A stretch of DNA of 62,212 nucleotides, counting the filler, from Gonapodya sp. JEL0774 (Eukaryota): NCBI GenBank assembly GCA_027604505.1. It is 30 parts of 30 records of this genome, joined end to end, with 100 filler letters (N's around TTAATTAATTAA, not from the genome) between each part and the next. Parts side by side here need not be neighbours in the genome. Positions count along the whole stretch, not along the records: positions 37,447 to 39,420 come from JADIIX010002389.1; positions 39,521 to 41,493 come from JADIIX010002390.1; positions 41,594 to 43,566 come from JADIIX010002391.1; positions 43,667 to 45,639 come from JADIIX010002392.1; positions 45,740 to 47,712 come from JADIIX010002393.1; positions 47,813 to 49,784 come from JADIIX010002394.1; positions 49,885 to 51,856 come from JADIIX010002395.1; 23 more parts are not named here. One strand, given 5' to 3'. A model generated the notes under the pieces. The model searched no databases, was not told the DNA's origin, and saw only the letters and a list, made by a program, of their open reading frames with translations. Below, piece by piece: positions 37,462 to 50,821 of the stretch. Position 1 is the first letter of the stretch. Every line of letters starts with the position of its first letter. The position numbers were made by a program, and so were the translations under genes.

Positions 37462-38540
37462 ATGCCCATTGCCGCCCCGATCTCCTTCCGCGACTTCCTC
37501 TTCCACCCAGAGCTCGTCCGTCCCACCGTCCTTCTCTTCATCGCTCAGGTTCTCTTGTTCTTTCTCGTGCGACGGATGTGGATCCACCACCACCGCCACA
37601 CGGTACCAAAGGGTACCGATCCAGCTCACGACAGGATCGTGATCCGTAAAGTGTCCTGGACACTGACTCTTGCCAACGCAATCGTTCAAACCCTCGCAGG
37701 TGCTGTGGCCCTGATCGGGTGGGGCATGTATGGGTGGGATATGGAACAGTGCGTTGACGTAGTCTGGTCCTGCCGCTGCTCTATTGTTCTTCCCCTCGCG
37801 ACTTGAACGTATATACAGATGGCCTCTCTTCGGCGACTCTCGTCTCTCTCTCTGGCTCTCCATCTTCTTTATGACCTTCTTATGGGCCGACATTGCTGTC
37901 GGAGTAATCTACTATCCACACGAGGTACCGTGTATATACATGATCGTCCCCCTGGGTCCAATACATCAACCCATCTCCTCGACCTACCTCATCCCTTCGT
38001 GTCCCGAAACCCCCACGCATCCACCCGCCACTCCAGCTCTCCCTCCTCGAAAGCTACCTCCACCACCTCGTCTACACCGCCATCTCGCTCCACGTCATCT
38101 ACCACGGCTTGCCCTGCCTCTGGTTCCCCTACGGCCTCCTCGAGCTCCCCATGGTGGTCATGGGGCTGGGCCAGCTGCACCCGGGGTGGCGAACCGACAC
38201 GGGGTACGGTATCTCGTACGCGGCGACGAGAATCGTAATGCATGTGTGGGTCGGGTGGAGTTTGTGGGCCGAGTGTGGGAGGGATGTGGCGGGGCAACGT
38301 GGGTATATTATGAAGGATCGATCGCCAGTGAAAGAGGCAGGTGCTGATGTATACTCGGAATGTCCACTCGCACACCACACCCTCCTCCCTCCCCATCCAC
38401 CGGGACACACTCATGTCCTCGCCTTGGCCTCCCTTGCCCCAGTCTGGCTCCTCCCGGTCCTCGCGTTTCCCCTGCACGCCTATTGGTTCACGAAATGGGT
38501 CGTGTCATACACGAGGCGGAGGCGGATGGGGGCGAAGTAA
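37462..38540 (+). CDS. TLC-domain (TMEM56/CLN8-like) membrane protein, multi-exon
   Basis: FFMTFLWADIAVGVIYY, SYLHHLVY, LLELPMVVMG, ATRIVMHV, PLHAYWF. Confidence 0.75.
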
Positions 38541-39072
38541 GGGGCCGGGCGAAGTGAAGGGAGACGGGGAGGTGCTCTGGTTACCAGGAGTTGAGTAGTT
38601 GAGTCGTATTGCTTCAGGCTGCAGGCGTCCAACGTGTACTCTGCAAACGAAAGTGTCGTCGTTCGGCGTACCACAGACAGTACTTAATTTGAGATTACAA
38701 GCTCGAATCTCGACGATCCCACAACGTGCGGTGAACCGGACCGACACACCCGACTTTGCATGCTTGAAAATGTGTCAAGAAGAGGCACTCGAGACCCCAA
38801 CGATCATCTCACTGCGTCGATTCAGGTTGCGGATCGTATCTGAAGGAGTCAAAGGAAGAGCCGGAAGAGGAATGCCGTCACACATATGCTATTCAGTCCT
38901 TGGCATGTGTAGAAATTCCATACAGCCGAAGAATGAATGTTGGGGCATCCGCACACCGGCTGTTGCCTGGAGACGATCAGCGAATGCACTCTTCGCACCG
39001 ACGCCGCCAGTCATGACCCTACTCAGGTGAGCCAACCACACCTCCTCATAGCCCCGACTCCACAGAAACTTG

Positions 39073-39420
39073 ATGGTGGATGCGATCGATCGAAATACAG
39101 ATTCGTTCCACACCGATGGCCGCACCAACCGGCAGCTGCAACGTCCTCTACCGCTCCGCAACGACATGTCGGTGAGCGATGGCACTCCAAACAAGGAGAA
39201 GCCACCAGAGAGTCGGCCCAGCAAGCCCGCGCCGTTTACTCTGCGAACGTTGATTGTGATTTTGGTCGTGTTCAAGTTCGTAGGCATTTTGCTCTTGCCC
39301 TTCGTCAGGGAATTGAATCGCTCGACGACGCACTGATTTCTCCTCTACCGGGTCGCGGGGCCTGAATTCACCAATGATAACTTTCACATGATCATCGTAC
39401 GACAGTGTCTTTTCGGTGGC
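39073..39420 (+). CDS. 5' end of a hypothetical membrane-anchored protein
   Basis: Hydrophilic N-terminus followed by TLIVILVVFKF. Confidence 0.35.
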
Positions 39421-39520
39421 NNNNNNNNNNNNNNNNNNNNNNNNNNNNNNNNNNNNNNNNNNNNTTAATTAATTAANNNNNNNNNNNNNNNNNNNNNNNN
39501 NNNNNNNNNNNNNNNNNNNN

Positions 39521-41493
39521 GAATGCAGAACAATATTTTCATTGAAACCACTGAGGAAAAGTCAAAAACAAAAGCATGCTGCCTGAAGCTCACAGGCAAT
39601 GGGATGCCATCTTCACTTAATCCAAGACCATAACTTGCAAAGTCAGATGGCTTATGTAGAACAAGTGCCCTCATTGACTATTCAAAATTGAACTGGTCAG
39701 ATCTGATGTAAAAACTCTACAATCCATAAATTACCTTCAACACATTTTTGTCAAAGAACTTTTTACTTTTCTCTCTGAAAAATGCATTGTTAACAGCACG
39801 TTCATTGAGTAATCTCCATTTGGGTACACCACTTTCAGCTTGGTCTAGGAGCCAGATTTTTGAAATGAATACAATTCATAGTTACCCAAAACCAAGAAGA
39901 AAATTCGATGCAAGGTAATCTACCCACATGATTTAAAAGTAGATGGCTTTGAATTAAAACGGCGTGCCGATGCACGTACTTCATTAAACAAACGGTCTGA
40001 TGGTCTAAGTCTGAATTGTTCATCCTGCTCATCAGGTCCTGGAACTCTGTGTTGTGCTTCAGATATGGAGATAATTGCCCGAGATAAATTGCTAGCTTTC
40101 ACTTCAACCTGGAAGTAAAGGGTGCATTGCCTTGCCATTATGTAATGAGTTGTTGTAATAAATACTAACCTTGAGTTTCATAGGACACTTTGTGGTGGAA
40201 TGAGTGGCCTTCAACTCGTCGCAAATTCCAGCATATTCAGGACACTGAAGGAGGCCAAAAAATACAACAGAGTTGTGGGAAAGAGCACTATTCCACTCCA
40301 AGGACTAGCAGCGCAAATCACAACTGGTTGGTCAACTACTGTCATAGTAATCTTGGTTAGTAAAGAAGTATCAGCCACCCACAGTAACCCCACTTTTCTT
40401 TGAGATGACAAGAGGTTTGGCCTTAATATTGTTCCGAGGTCCGTCTCCAATAAATCGCATGGTCACTAAAGTGGAGTGATGAAGCTTATGACCTTTGGAT
40501 AAGTTCCAATCATTGAGCGACTCCTCAAAATATGAGGGTAAGTCTAAAGTGTTAAGTTCATGCAGGACCTCCCATTTATTGGCATTATGGGAGGCTGCAC
40601 TTGTCCGTGCTATCAAAAATTTCTTCATTATATATTGAGTGTGGGAAGGCAGCATATCATCTCTTACCTAACCTTTTGGCAGGATTACTGAACTCCTTTG
40701 TAGCTATAAACTCTGAGTAAGATCGAGCTATGTGCTTTGGCTTCCATTCTTTCAGAGCACCAGCAACTGGTGCTATAGCAGCACTTCTGTCACTTTCAAA
40801 TTTATGAAGGTGATCAATCATCCCTGGCTGATGTTTGTAAACAGTCTCAGAATTATTACCACCAAAAGGAGTTGTGTCAACTTCGTTCTTTGCAGTTTTT
40901 ATTTTTTTGGGTCTGCCTCTTACAGCCATCAGAGGCTTAGTAACCAGTCTGGGTGCATTATCTATAACATCTGAATTGTCTTGTATGAGGGATAATGAGT
41001 AAGTATGCAAGAGAGAACCACAGCTGTTTCAATTTTTCTCTTACTCTGTAGGGGGGCTGACCTCTTTCTTTTTCTGAAAATAGGTGTTAGAGGAGCTACT
41101 GTAACCTTTTCATGACTTGGCCCCCCCCCTAAGCATGGTGTGCACCCTGAAAGTAAAACAGTAAAGTAAGGAGATATCTTCATCTCATTGCAAGTAAATC
41201 ACATGCTTTCTGAATCAGAACTTGCATCACTGTCAGTCTTGGCCAGTAGGGGAGGGTTTTCAATAATAAGTTCCTTTTCGATGTTCACTGATGTTTGTGG
41301 AACTTTCTCTCCTATAAACATCAATCTGTCAGAACATTCCTCCTCTTTATGGAATCCTAGAGTTATAAGAATGAAAGCAAGTCATTAGAAACATTGAAAT
41401 CAAAATCAGTAATTAGCCCACTCATCATACGCTAAATGCATTCTCCTTTGAAGATGCCTGCTGTATGTAAGACAAGCAAGATTCCTAAATTCT
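39521..41493 (-). mobile_element. AT-rich, CpG-depleted spliced ORF remnants, possibly a Mutator-like transposase
   Basis: RGRPKK; CPMKLK|VEVKASNLSRAIISISEAQH (WRKY/FAR1-like pattern); internal stop; composition unlike the host-gene contigs. Confidence 0.35.
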
Positions 41494-41635
41494 NNNNNNN
41501 NNNNNNNNNNNNNNNNNNNNNNNNNNNNNNNNNNNNNTTAATTAATTAANNNNNNNNNNNNNNNNNNNNNNNNNNNNNNNNNNNNNNNNNNNNTCATGTA
41601 TTGAATGCTGTTCTGATATTCCTCGTTCATACCAG

Positions 41636-42157
41636 ATGTCATTTCTGGACAAATTTTGAAATTGCGCGACTCGATTTGTGGAACACCTCGCAGTACATTG
41701 ACTACTTCAACTACTTGGATCGCTGGGGTGGATTTTTCTACGAGCGATGGGGAGGTGCGTTCCCCAAAGAGGATATCAGTTTTGCTCCGTGTCTGGTGTA
41801 GTTGTCACGATTGCAATTACTGGAGAGAGTCGTCATTTTTTTCACGTTCAGACGCTCCTGTGCACTCTCTTGCTGTCGGAATGTTTCTAAACAAGGAGGA
41901 GGTGCACTTTTTCGATGACAGTAAGTGGCAGATCGGTAGACGTTGTTTTCTAGATGAGTGCTGATTCGATTGTTTATCTCTCAGTTGGCTACCGCCATCC
42001 ACCAATACTGCACTGCAATCCCGCAGGTGGAGAAGCGAGTAAATGTCGTTGCCCCGCGGACCAGGAAAGTTTCGACAATCATGGAAGTTCCTGTTTACGG
42101 GCCTGGATGGAGTATCAACCAAGGAGCTTGAAGCCCACTACAAATGTGCAATACTAG
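41636..42157 (+). CDS. Kre2/Ktr-family alpha-1,2-mannosyltransferase (GT15), C-terminal exons
   Basis: CHFWTNFEIARLD..YFNYLDRWGGFFYERWG|DAPVHSLAVGMFL..HFFDD|..GYRHPP. Confidence 0.93.
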
Positions 42158-42339
42158 CAAGATTATTGTTTCGCTAAGTTAGCATGACATGGTCATAGCT
42201 TTCACTCTGCAGGACTACAATCGGGTTGCTGTTCTCGCTCTTGCTGAAACACCACCAACTTTCTCTCGAGCCGAAAGAACACCCATTTGCTTTCCCACTA
42301 ACACGAATACTTGAGTTCAAATCTTTAGAAGTGAGCACT

Positions 42340-43512
42340 TTCTCCCCACTCACCAGCGAGAACCTTTCCGTCCTTGTTCCACGCAGTCACAACTAGTTCA
42401 GCTTTCCCGTTGCTTGTCCAAGTAAGCTTTGCGTCCACAATAGCATGCTGACCATTGTCAGCTTCCGCGTTAAGAAAGTGAATAGAATAGGAGAGAGTGG
42501 ACCAACCGACCAGATGAGAAGAGGATGGGGTGGAGAGTCCGAGAGCGAGGTTGAGCGGGACAATGCCGTCAAGAAGCCAGACAAGGGCGAGGTGATCCAG
42601 AGGTCTACTGTCACAAAAACCTGTTACACGTGTAGTGCGCAAACGAACCCGTCATGCGGGAGTGTTAATGTCGGTTGAGTTGCACGATAGTGTAACGTTT
42701 GAAAACGGACCTCCCCACACGACGCTTGGAAAGTCAAAGCGTCTCTGTTGCTCCGTAACATCCCACATGTAAGCCTTTCGAGAAACCAAAACTTCGACTT
42801 GCACCGCGTGTGATGGGTCCATCCGGAAGTCTCGCAGTGCAGAGAATGGTGGTTCAGCAGCTCCTCTGGCGAGACTCATTGGCCCTTCGTAAGGGACACA
42901 CTGGTCAATAGGTGGGATGGCAGGCGGATTATGGTATTCAGATAACTCCAGGTTCGGAAAGGTGCCCTCCGATTTAGCGGGTTCCATTTTGGCAGCTAGC
43001 GTTGCGATGACTGAAGCGACCACATTATTGCGTTGGCGCACTCGCAGCTCCACAAACACGAATCTGTCGTCGGCGAAGTGCTTTACTGTGCCAATCTGCT
43101 TTGAGGCACAAACTAGTCTCGGATTCACCTTCGTGACTCCCGAAGAACTTCGATTTGAACGTCCCCGTCTTCATTACCAACAAACCCCGCAAGGAAGTTT
43201 ACGTGCACATTGTTGGGAACGCTGACAAACCCATTCTTGGTTTTGAGATGGTGTATAGCTGCGTTCAGAGCTGCCGATGCTACGATTCCTCCGACGACTG
43301 TACCATGCTGATTGGACCACCGAGACGGAAGTCGTAGGCGGTATCTGGCGACGGGCGATGACGGATCTTTAAGGATCGGATGTGGCTCAATTGCCTCATC
43401 AAATGGATGGACTGGCATTGAATAATACTCCTGTCCGAAGGAAACGTTTCCATATGCGCCTACAGGAGCAACCACAGCAGTGGTAGGCGTCTTCGATCTC
43501 GAATCACTTGCA
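42340..43512 (-). CDS. Double-hotdog acyl-CoA thioesterase-like protein
   Basis: HPFDEAI, WSNQHGTVVGGIVAS, HVNFL, EVLRESR|RFVFV (intron at ~43065-43128), RPLDHLALVWLLD, STLSYSIHF, WNKDGKVLA. The 3' end is uncertain. Confidence 0.8.
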
Positions 43513-43666
43513 TCCAGTCAACAGCAAACCACAAAGAGACGGACAAGCAAGAACAGCTCTGACTGTNNNNNNNNNNNNNNNNNNNNNNNNNNNNNNNNNN
43601 NNNNNNNNNNTTAATTAATTAANNNNNNNNNNNNNNNNNNNNNNNNNNNNNNNNNNNNNNNNNNNN

Positions 43667-43778
43667 GCGAGAATGCAGGAAGAGGAAGGCCGAGGCTGAT
43701 AAATCCGCGGCGGTAGCTGCGGGGAAAAAGAACGCCGGGAAGAAAGAGAAATCCAAATCTGGATGCTCAATACTGTAA
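43667..43778 (+). CDS. C-terminus of a prenylated Ras-family-like protein
   Basis: RECRKRKAEADK..KKEKSKSGCSIL*: polybasic tract plus CaaX (CSIL). Confidence 0.6.
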
Positions 43779-43842
43779 TATTCACTTCCAATACATGTGG
43801 TCTGTCTCATCATGTCCATGCACAATCTGTTGGACTCAAAAT

Positions 43843-45640
43843 CTATTGAGATGTGTGTAGCCGCTCCAGCAATACCGTTGTTGGAGGTATCACGAGATCA
43901 TCGTTGACTGAAGCAGTGAAGTACGATCGAAGCAGCTGCTTTAGCTCTCTGTTCTGTTTCTCCGTTGTGCTGATCTCTTGCCACAAGTTCCATCGCTCCG
44001 TAAGAACCTTGTTGTATTTTTGCATCGATCTGTAGATCGTCTAGGACACGAAATCAGATATAAAGACTTTCCAAATAATCGATCCTACTGGAAATTTGAA
44101 GCATACCTCCCACAGCTGAAGTTTATCCTCGGACAGAACTCCTGATAATGATTCCCAGAAGTCCACATTCCCGGCCGCGTTCTGTTGTTTCATAGATTTA
44201 TTGTTTCTTGCCTTTCCTAGACATGAGGAGAAAGGTGTAAACTTGCGTCGTTTGAGGGATTATATGATCGCCCAACACTAATACCGAGCGCTGTTTCCTC
44301 CGGTTTCACGACTCCTGCCTCCATAAATCGGCGAACGGCTTTCGTCACTTCATGGGGTTGAATGAGCTCAGGTTCACGGGCCGCAGTTTCTGTCGCCGAT
44401 CTCTGGTCCGTGCTGGGAGTCAAAATGAAGAAGCTGGCAAGCCGCTCTATGTCTGAAACGGTTTCCACACCGAGCGCCTTAAATATGCAGTCTAACTTCA
44501 GCAGGGATTGCTCTTCGTGTGGGACTGAACGGAGGAGAACTTGAAGTTTGCTGTCAACCTGCAAGTCCAAGTGAGTGGAAGGGCTACGTTTGATCGTCCC
44601 TTAACTGCACCTCACCAGAAACCCTGCTTCGTCGCAGAGAATATCCATCACTCTCCGAATAGTTGTGTCCGTGCCTTTACCCGTCCACAAAACTTCTGCG
44701 AGCGAATCTTTCGCAGCATCGGCTTCAGATGAGTTTCGGTCTCCTCCAAAAGCTTCCTTGAGTCTCGCCTGTTTAGTGGGGGTATCTTTTGTCGTTACAC
44801 CGAGTGTTGGATTCTCCCAGGAGAGGCCGAGCAGTTGTTCATGTATTATCTTGTCTGCCTAAACAATTTGTACGAAGTTCGATTCCCTCCAACACCTTTC
44901 GCAAACTACAGCAAGCGGAAGACGCACCAGCAGAACTTTCCTCACGAGTTCCAGAGCAGCATCTTCATTGAGTTTGCCTATTTCGCGCATCTTCTTTCTG
45001 TCCGCAGCTTCAAAAAGCTGGCACTTCTTTCGAAGCTCGTGGTATTGCTCCAACAGACGGTTGTAGTCATCGTTAGCGGAGTTGAGCTCTGAGTCGTACT
45101 GCTTCTCTTGTTTGGCAAGTTTCGACTTGAGGCCATTCACAACGTCGGTGAGCCGAGTAATTTTGCGTTTGTTAGCGTTCAGAAGAGTCAGATTTTCCTC
45201 TTCTCGTTTGGTGAGCACTAAACGGGGAAGACAATGAGGAGACGCAAGTCCTTGGGTTCAAGGCATGAAGTTCACCTTGGTAATTATACTCTAACTTTTC
45301 AATGTTGAGTTGGAAGGTGGCTTTCATCTATGTTCATGGTGGGTCAGAAGGCACTTTCAAGATCCGTGGTAGTTGGATTGCGCACAAAGAAACTGGACAC
45401 CGCACTTGCTGCAATTGCTGTTCTAAAACTTGTATATCACTTTCCAACTTGATCTTTTGTAGATTGTATTCTTCTGCATCCTTGACTCGCTGATTTTCCA
45501 TCTCATTGATGTCATGCTCGATTCTTTCTTCACGATGCGCCATACTCATCCTTCGCAGAGTTTACGCGTAGATTTACTTTTAGTACTCTCTTAGTCAACT
45601 TGAGCACGACTTAACAGAACTCACATCTCGTGAGCCCGCN
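43843..45640 (-). CDS. DRC1: Dynein regulatory complex subunit 1 (CCDC164), C-terminal part
   Basis: RVKDAEEYNLQKIKLESDIQVLEQQLQQ|MKATFQLNIEKLEYNYQ|VLTKREEEN..KRKITRL; KLDCIFKALGV; QNRELKQLLRSY..NDDLVIPPT. Confidence 0.9.
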
Positions 45641-45739
45641 NNNNNNNNNNNNNNNNNNNNNNNNNNNNNNNNNNNNNNNNNNNTTAATTAATTAANNNNN
45701 NNNNNNNNNNNNNNNNNNNNNNNNNNNNNNNNNNNNNNN

Positions 45740-46469
45740 TGGTGGCGAGGACAAGGTGAGTACATGACTGTCCTGCTGGTCTCGACAATCGGAAACCGAA
45801 CTCTCCAACTCCTTTGGTGTGACCACCATCCCTTCGACAATCCATCGACTCTCACATTGTCACGACCTCTCCTTTGCCCTTGGCCTCAATGCCCAGTCTG
45901 ATCCTCTGGAAATCCTCCAAATGAACCAGTCCCACCGTCTGCCGCTTGAGCTCGGCCTCGGCGTTATCAGAGAGAGCAACGAATTTGTCAGAGCCTAAAA
46001 TATGGAGTGAGAAGATGAAAATGTGACCAGGGTGTGATGCTCGAGCTCGTGATTCGAAAGGTTGAAGTCGACGACACTTTTCACATAATAGCGGAGGGCT
46101 TAACTCCTTAACCAACGTGAATTGCAACTCCATTATCACATCTTCCGTTCACGTGGCCGTTGTGCCTCGCGACGAAAGTGTCACTCCTCCCCGTCATTCA
46201 GGAGACCCCCCTCACCGATTCGAACTGTCGTGTCCTTTTCAATCTTCTTCTTCTGCGCAGCAAAGTTTTCTAGCATCTCCTGCCTTTGCTTCTCCAGGTG
46301 CTGCTGCCGAGCCGCTTCTCTGCATTTCGATACAGGGTTATCAGGATGGGAAACAGCGGAAGCGGGGAGGTTCCAAAGGAGCAACTTGAACGCGGTCAGC
46401 CTGCAGCAGAAGGCACGAACAGGTGGAAATGGATCACGGTCTTTGAACATACCTCGGGTCATGTGCCAT
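45740..46469 (-). CDS. XAP5: XAP5/FAM50 nuclear protein, 5' exons
   Basis: MAHDPR|EAARQQHLEKQRQEMLENFAAQKKKIE..|SDKF..AEAELKRQTVGLVHLEDFQRIR. Confidence 0.85.
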
Positions 46470-47272
46470 TATGCTATTGTGTATGTACTAGTTGTGGAGT
46501 GAGCGCAAGAAATGGAATGTCTGGGAGAGGACAGAGCTCGCTCCTCCGGTGCCAGGGTCCCGTCATACTTTATTGTGCGCAAAGTCCCCGTCTCCACCAG
46601 TTTGAATGCTGCTGCGGTCAGGGGCGCAAACTTCTTTGCGTGTATTATTGCGTGACAATCCAGAACCGGATCAATAACCGGAAGTGACCGTCCCGCACTT
46701 TTTCTATAGCTTTTCCCAGACAGTCTCTGCCCCGAGAGTCAAGTTCTGAATTTTGACCAACTAGCCACTTACTACTCGCGGCTCTCGAAGAGTGCGAACT
46801 TTTCAGAACCAGAATGGTTCCGAGTGTCTCCAAGTCGAAATCAACTTTTTTTGAGCTCGTACTCGGTCGGAGACGTGGGGTACGAGCTCTTCGCAACTTG
46901 CGACTGTTTCATTTTCACCGGTGTCGTTCTGCCAAAACCTTGCGGTAAATGGCAGTATGAATCCATGCATGTAGGCAGGATGTTTTGAACCTAGACACAC
47001 TCTCAGCGATCTGTGAGTAGTCGGTCGCCAGTCTTTGGCCCAAATTGGGGACGCAAACCCCCCTTCTGGAATTGCATGTTGAATGTGCATTGAACAGAGT
47101 GTTGAACGACTGTAGAACTAAGTGAACGAGTGTAACCTCGTGTTGAACCGCGTGTTGAACGAGTGGTGTTAACCAAGTCTCAAGTTTTGAGCCCCGCTGC
47201 TGAACGGGGGGGTTGGGGCGGGCAGTTTGGGTGGGCGCGGACGTCGTCCCAGTTTGTCGCCCAGTCCAACTT

Positions 47273-47712
47273 TCAGTTACGTTCCAACCCAAGTTGCAAG
47301 TCCACAACCTTCTTCCCACTGTACACGCCGTATCGTCCGCCACTGGGGTAAACAATCCAGAATCCCAGCTCCCTTGCTCGCTCCCTTGCATCCATGAAGA
47401 ACAGGGTACCGCAAGCGACAGGCACAATTTCTGCATCGCGCACCAAATCGTCGCCGTACTCGGGCTGGATGGTAGAAGATAGCAGGTTTTTGAACTGAGA
47501 AACACGTGACGGCATTTCGTCGACTTTTTTCTGGGGCGGATGATCATGATCACGTGCCGGTTGTTTATCAACGTTTGAATGGCGAACCTACCAAACTCAT
47601 CACATGTTTCGCCTCCATGAGGAAGAGCCGCCCACTCTTCCTGCTCAAGAAAATGCCATCCCACTCCTGTGAAGGTGCTGCATTCCCAGCCACAATTGAG
47701 CGCGGAAGCGGG
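47273..47712 (-). CDS. PD-(D/E)XK restriction-endonuclease-fold protein, C-terminal domain (intron 47591-47531)
   Basis: QEWDGIFLSRKSGRLFLMEAKHVMSL|KKVDEMPSRVSQFK..VPVACGTLF..ARELGFWIVYPSGGRYGV. Confidence 0.72.
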
Positions 47713-47812
47713 NNNNNNNNNNNNNNNNNNNNNNNNNNNNNNNNNNNNNNNNNNNNTTAATTAATTAANNNNNNNNNNNNNNNNNNNNNNNNNNNNNNNN
47801 NNNNNNNNNNNN

Positions 47813-49214
47813 GTCCCCAATCAAGCTCAGTCGAGGGAACTCCACGGAACATCCCGGGGGAACCGCACGAGCCAGTGTGGTGAGAATCCTCCCGAGTCGG
47901 ACCAGGGTGGGTTCACCAAGTGAAGCAGTTGCACTACGCTGGGCGGAGTGGCGCACGCCAAGGTGCTGCAGCCGAGGGAAGATCTGCAGGACCTGCACGA
48001 GCGCGGCTTCATTGCGCTCATCGTGAAGCGATGTGACAGATGTTGTTGGCTCCACGGTCCACACATGTAAGTAGAAAGAGTGTACACTTAGCAATGGGAG
48101 TGGGGGTAACCACTCAGGGTATAATGGTATTCGATCGTGATCCCAAAACGTTGAAGAAGGCCAGCTCCTGCAAGTTTGGGAAGACGAGGGGTGCGGAGAG
48201 GAATGCGTATTGGCTTGGTGTGCTCGTCTGCCAATGTCCACCGTAGCGGATGAGGGATGTGACGGTGTTGCGAAGGGACTCAGGTATTAGCCTCCGCATG
48301 TCGTCAATACGAGGGGATCCGGGGTGGCTGACGGGAAAGAATGCAAAGTCACCCTTGAGGTGCACCGCCGAAGGGAATCTGGAGAGGGCGCTGGAAAGGA
48401 TTGGCGCAGGTTGCATTCCTGAGATTGCTTCGGGGAGGTACCACGGAGCAGGGTTGCCGACAGTCAGACGTTCCACAGAATCCATGCTGGCGTGGGAAGG
48501 GAGTCCATCGAGAGATTCAAAGAACTCACTCCCAAGAGTCACTTCTTCGACCCTGTGCGTGTTCACAAAGTGCGAGAGTTTTCTGAGAGACTTGTGGAAG
48601 TACTCCCACTCCCAGATCGGTACCCAAGTACCAGAAGAATCCCAGCATCCCCACTGAATTCTAGCAATTAAGAAGTTACTGAGTCGGTCCTGTGGAGTAT
48701 TCACCCGGTATACACGATTCATCTGTCGATTATGAGTCCGTTTGGGACGGCCAGTTGGAAAGTTGTCTCTCACGGCCTTCATGAAGAGCTCGGACATATC
48801 CCGAGCTTTACACATCTTCTTCATGGATAGGGTGACTGTCACTGATAAGGAGGTCCAGACCGGCAATCCAGTTTCGGGGTGATAAGCCAATTGAAATCCG
48901 TCGTCGAGTACCCGGACGACACCAGGCAAGGCGAAGTTACGCGAGTTCCTTTCCTCCACCCTGACGTCACAGTCAACACTGATCGTGTGATCGGGACATC
49001 CCGGGATGGCCCCACGGCTGCGATCGTGGAGCGTTTTGGAGAGTCGCGGGACGAGGGAGTAGAACGTTTCGGGTAGGAGGAGACGGAAGATGCGGTGGAG
49101 GATTTCGGGAGGAAGCGAATCTATCCGAGTCTGCATGTTTTCGTGTTGGACTGCGCCGATTGCGGGAGTTGTCAGGTCAGTCTCCATGTGCTCCATCATG
49201 GGGCACACCCACAT
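47813..49214 (-). CDS. F-box protein with an LRR-like C-terminal region, 3'-truncated
   Basis: IDSLPPEILHRIFRLL..YSLVPRLSKTLH; FPNLQEL and FPRLQHL repeats. Confidence 0.8.
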
Positions 49215-50821
49215 GGACAGGATCTTGGATTAAAACATTAGAACATGGACATGGACTACACCGTGAAATATTCCGAGAACTGGTGCGTGAACTATTGCGA
49301 TGGACATTCCATCACGGAATTACCTGGCCCGGTCGGAATATCGTGGCAACATGTGAAAGGAAGGAAGACACGGTGCATAATTTCTGGAGGCCACTTTTCC
49401 ATGCCATACAACATAAATTGAGAGGTAATCGAAACGGACTCAGAGCGGCGGGGAGGATTAGATTACGGATTTGGAATGAACTTGTCAGACAAGTCATGAG
49501 CACCACAAACGAACTAAGTTCTCCATTGGGTTCCGTATGACATAATAATATAAACACACATAGATGATCTAAAATCGACAGAGGAATGAGCATAGTGAGT
49601 ACAATGTCCAAAATTGTGCATGTTCTTAGGTTCACGTCCACGGCCGTAATCTGCTCGGGCCTTCGCTCCAGTCAATCTCCTGAACGCTGTCTCTGCCTCC
49701 AAACATGGACATCAACTGCATTCCTCCTGACGTGAACCCTTTCTTCGAGCCTCTGGTGCCATGCATTCTGGTCAGTTCGACGCCNNNNNNNNNNNNNNNN
49801 NNNNNNNNNNNNNNNNNNNNNNNNNNNNTTAATTAATTAANNNNNNNNNNNNNNNNNNNNNNNNNNNNNNNNNNNNNNNNNNNNTAGCCACGCACCCCAG
49901 CCAACTACTCGGGCAGCATCTTCACCCTCCCCAGTCCAACTCCCCGGCGTCACCCTACTCCAACCTATCTCCTCATCCCCATTCGACACCACAGCGAGTG
50001 TGCCCGAACCGACGTTTCTTGGTGGAACAATACTGGGTACCGGGACAGAGCCTCCACCAAGCGGAAGCAGGAACAGTACCTTTGCCGATGCCGAAATCCT
50101 GATATGACGACTGCCGTCAAGGAACTGATCGCACACATCCTGGTGCAACGAAGTACCAGACCAGAAAGCGGGTCCGAGTCAGTACATACCGGCAGAGTCG
50201 GTCAGTATCAATCCGCGACCTCCCCCCCCCCCACCCCCACCCCCCATCCTTTTGCACGTGAATGGTTTCTATGTACCGCCTCTCGGAAATACACGGATGG
50301 ACTATAAAACGAAGTGCTCTCAGCGATCCACGTCCTCGGGCATTCATGACGTCTCGTAGCTTTGTGATTTATTTGTTGCCACCGTCGGTATTTGATGTAT
50401 ATACTTGGGAACTCATGATTGATGTACGATAGGTTGGATTAGTGAAAGCGGAGATCGAGTCGGCTGGTCGACTACTATTTCATGAAGACCATCAGAAGAA
50501 GGCGTGATACGACGAGACTGCGCACCTATTCAACCGGATAAGTGAAGATAAGTGAATCCCAAGCAACTCCAATGCCGATACAGATGAGTGGAATGCAACC
50601 ACAAAGTAGCGTGAAGTATGTGGGAACGGGAGCTGATGTGAGGTTGTTCTTCGCCATCACGCGACTGTAGATGGACAGTTTGGCTCGCCGACATTAATTT
50701 ATGAAACGTTTGAGTTTGTGGCAAATAATTGCTGGAATCTAAGCTCCTCGATCCCAGTGTTCGGAACTAGTTCGTGTACTACTAGCGGACCGTCCTGCGT
50801 TCGAATCAACACCATGTCACA

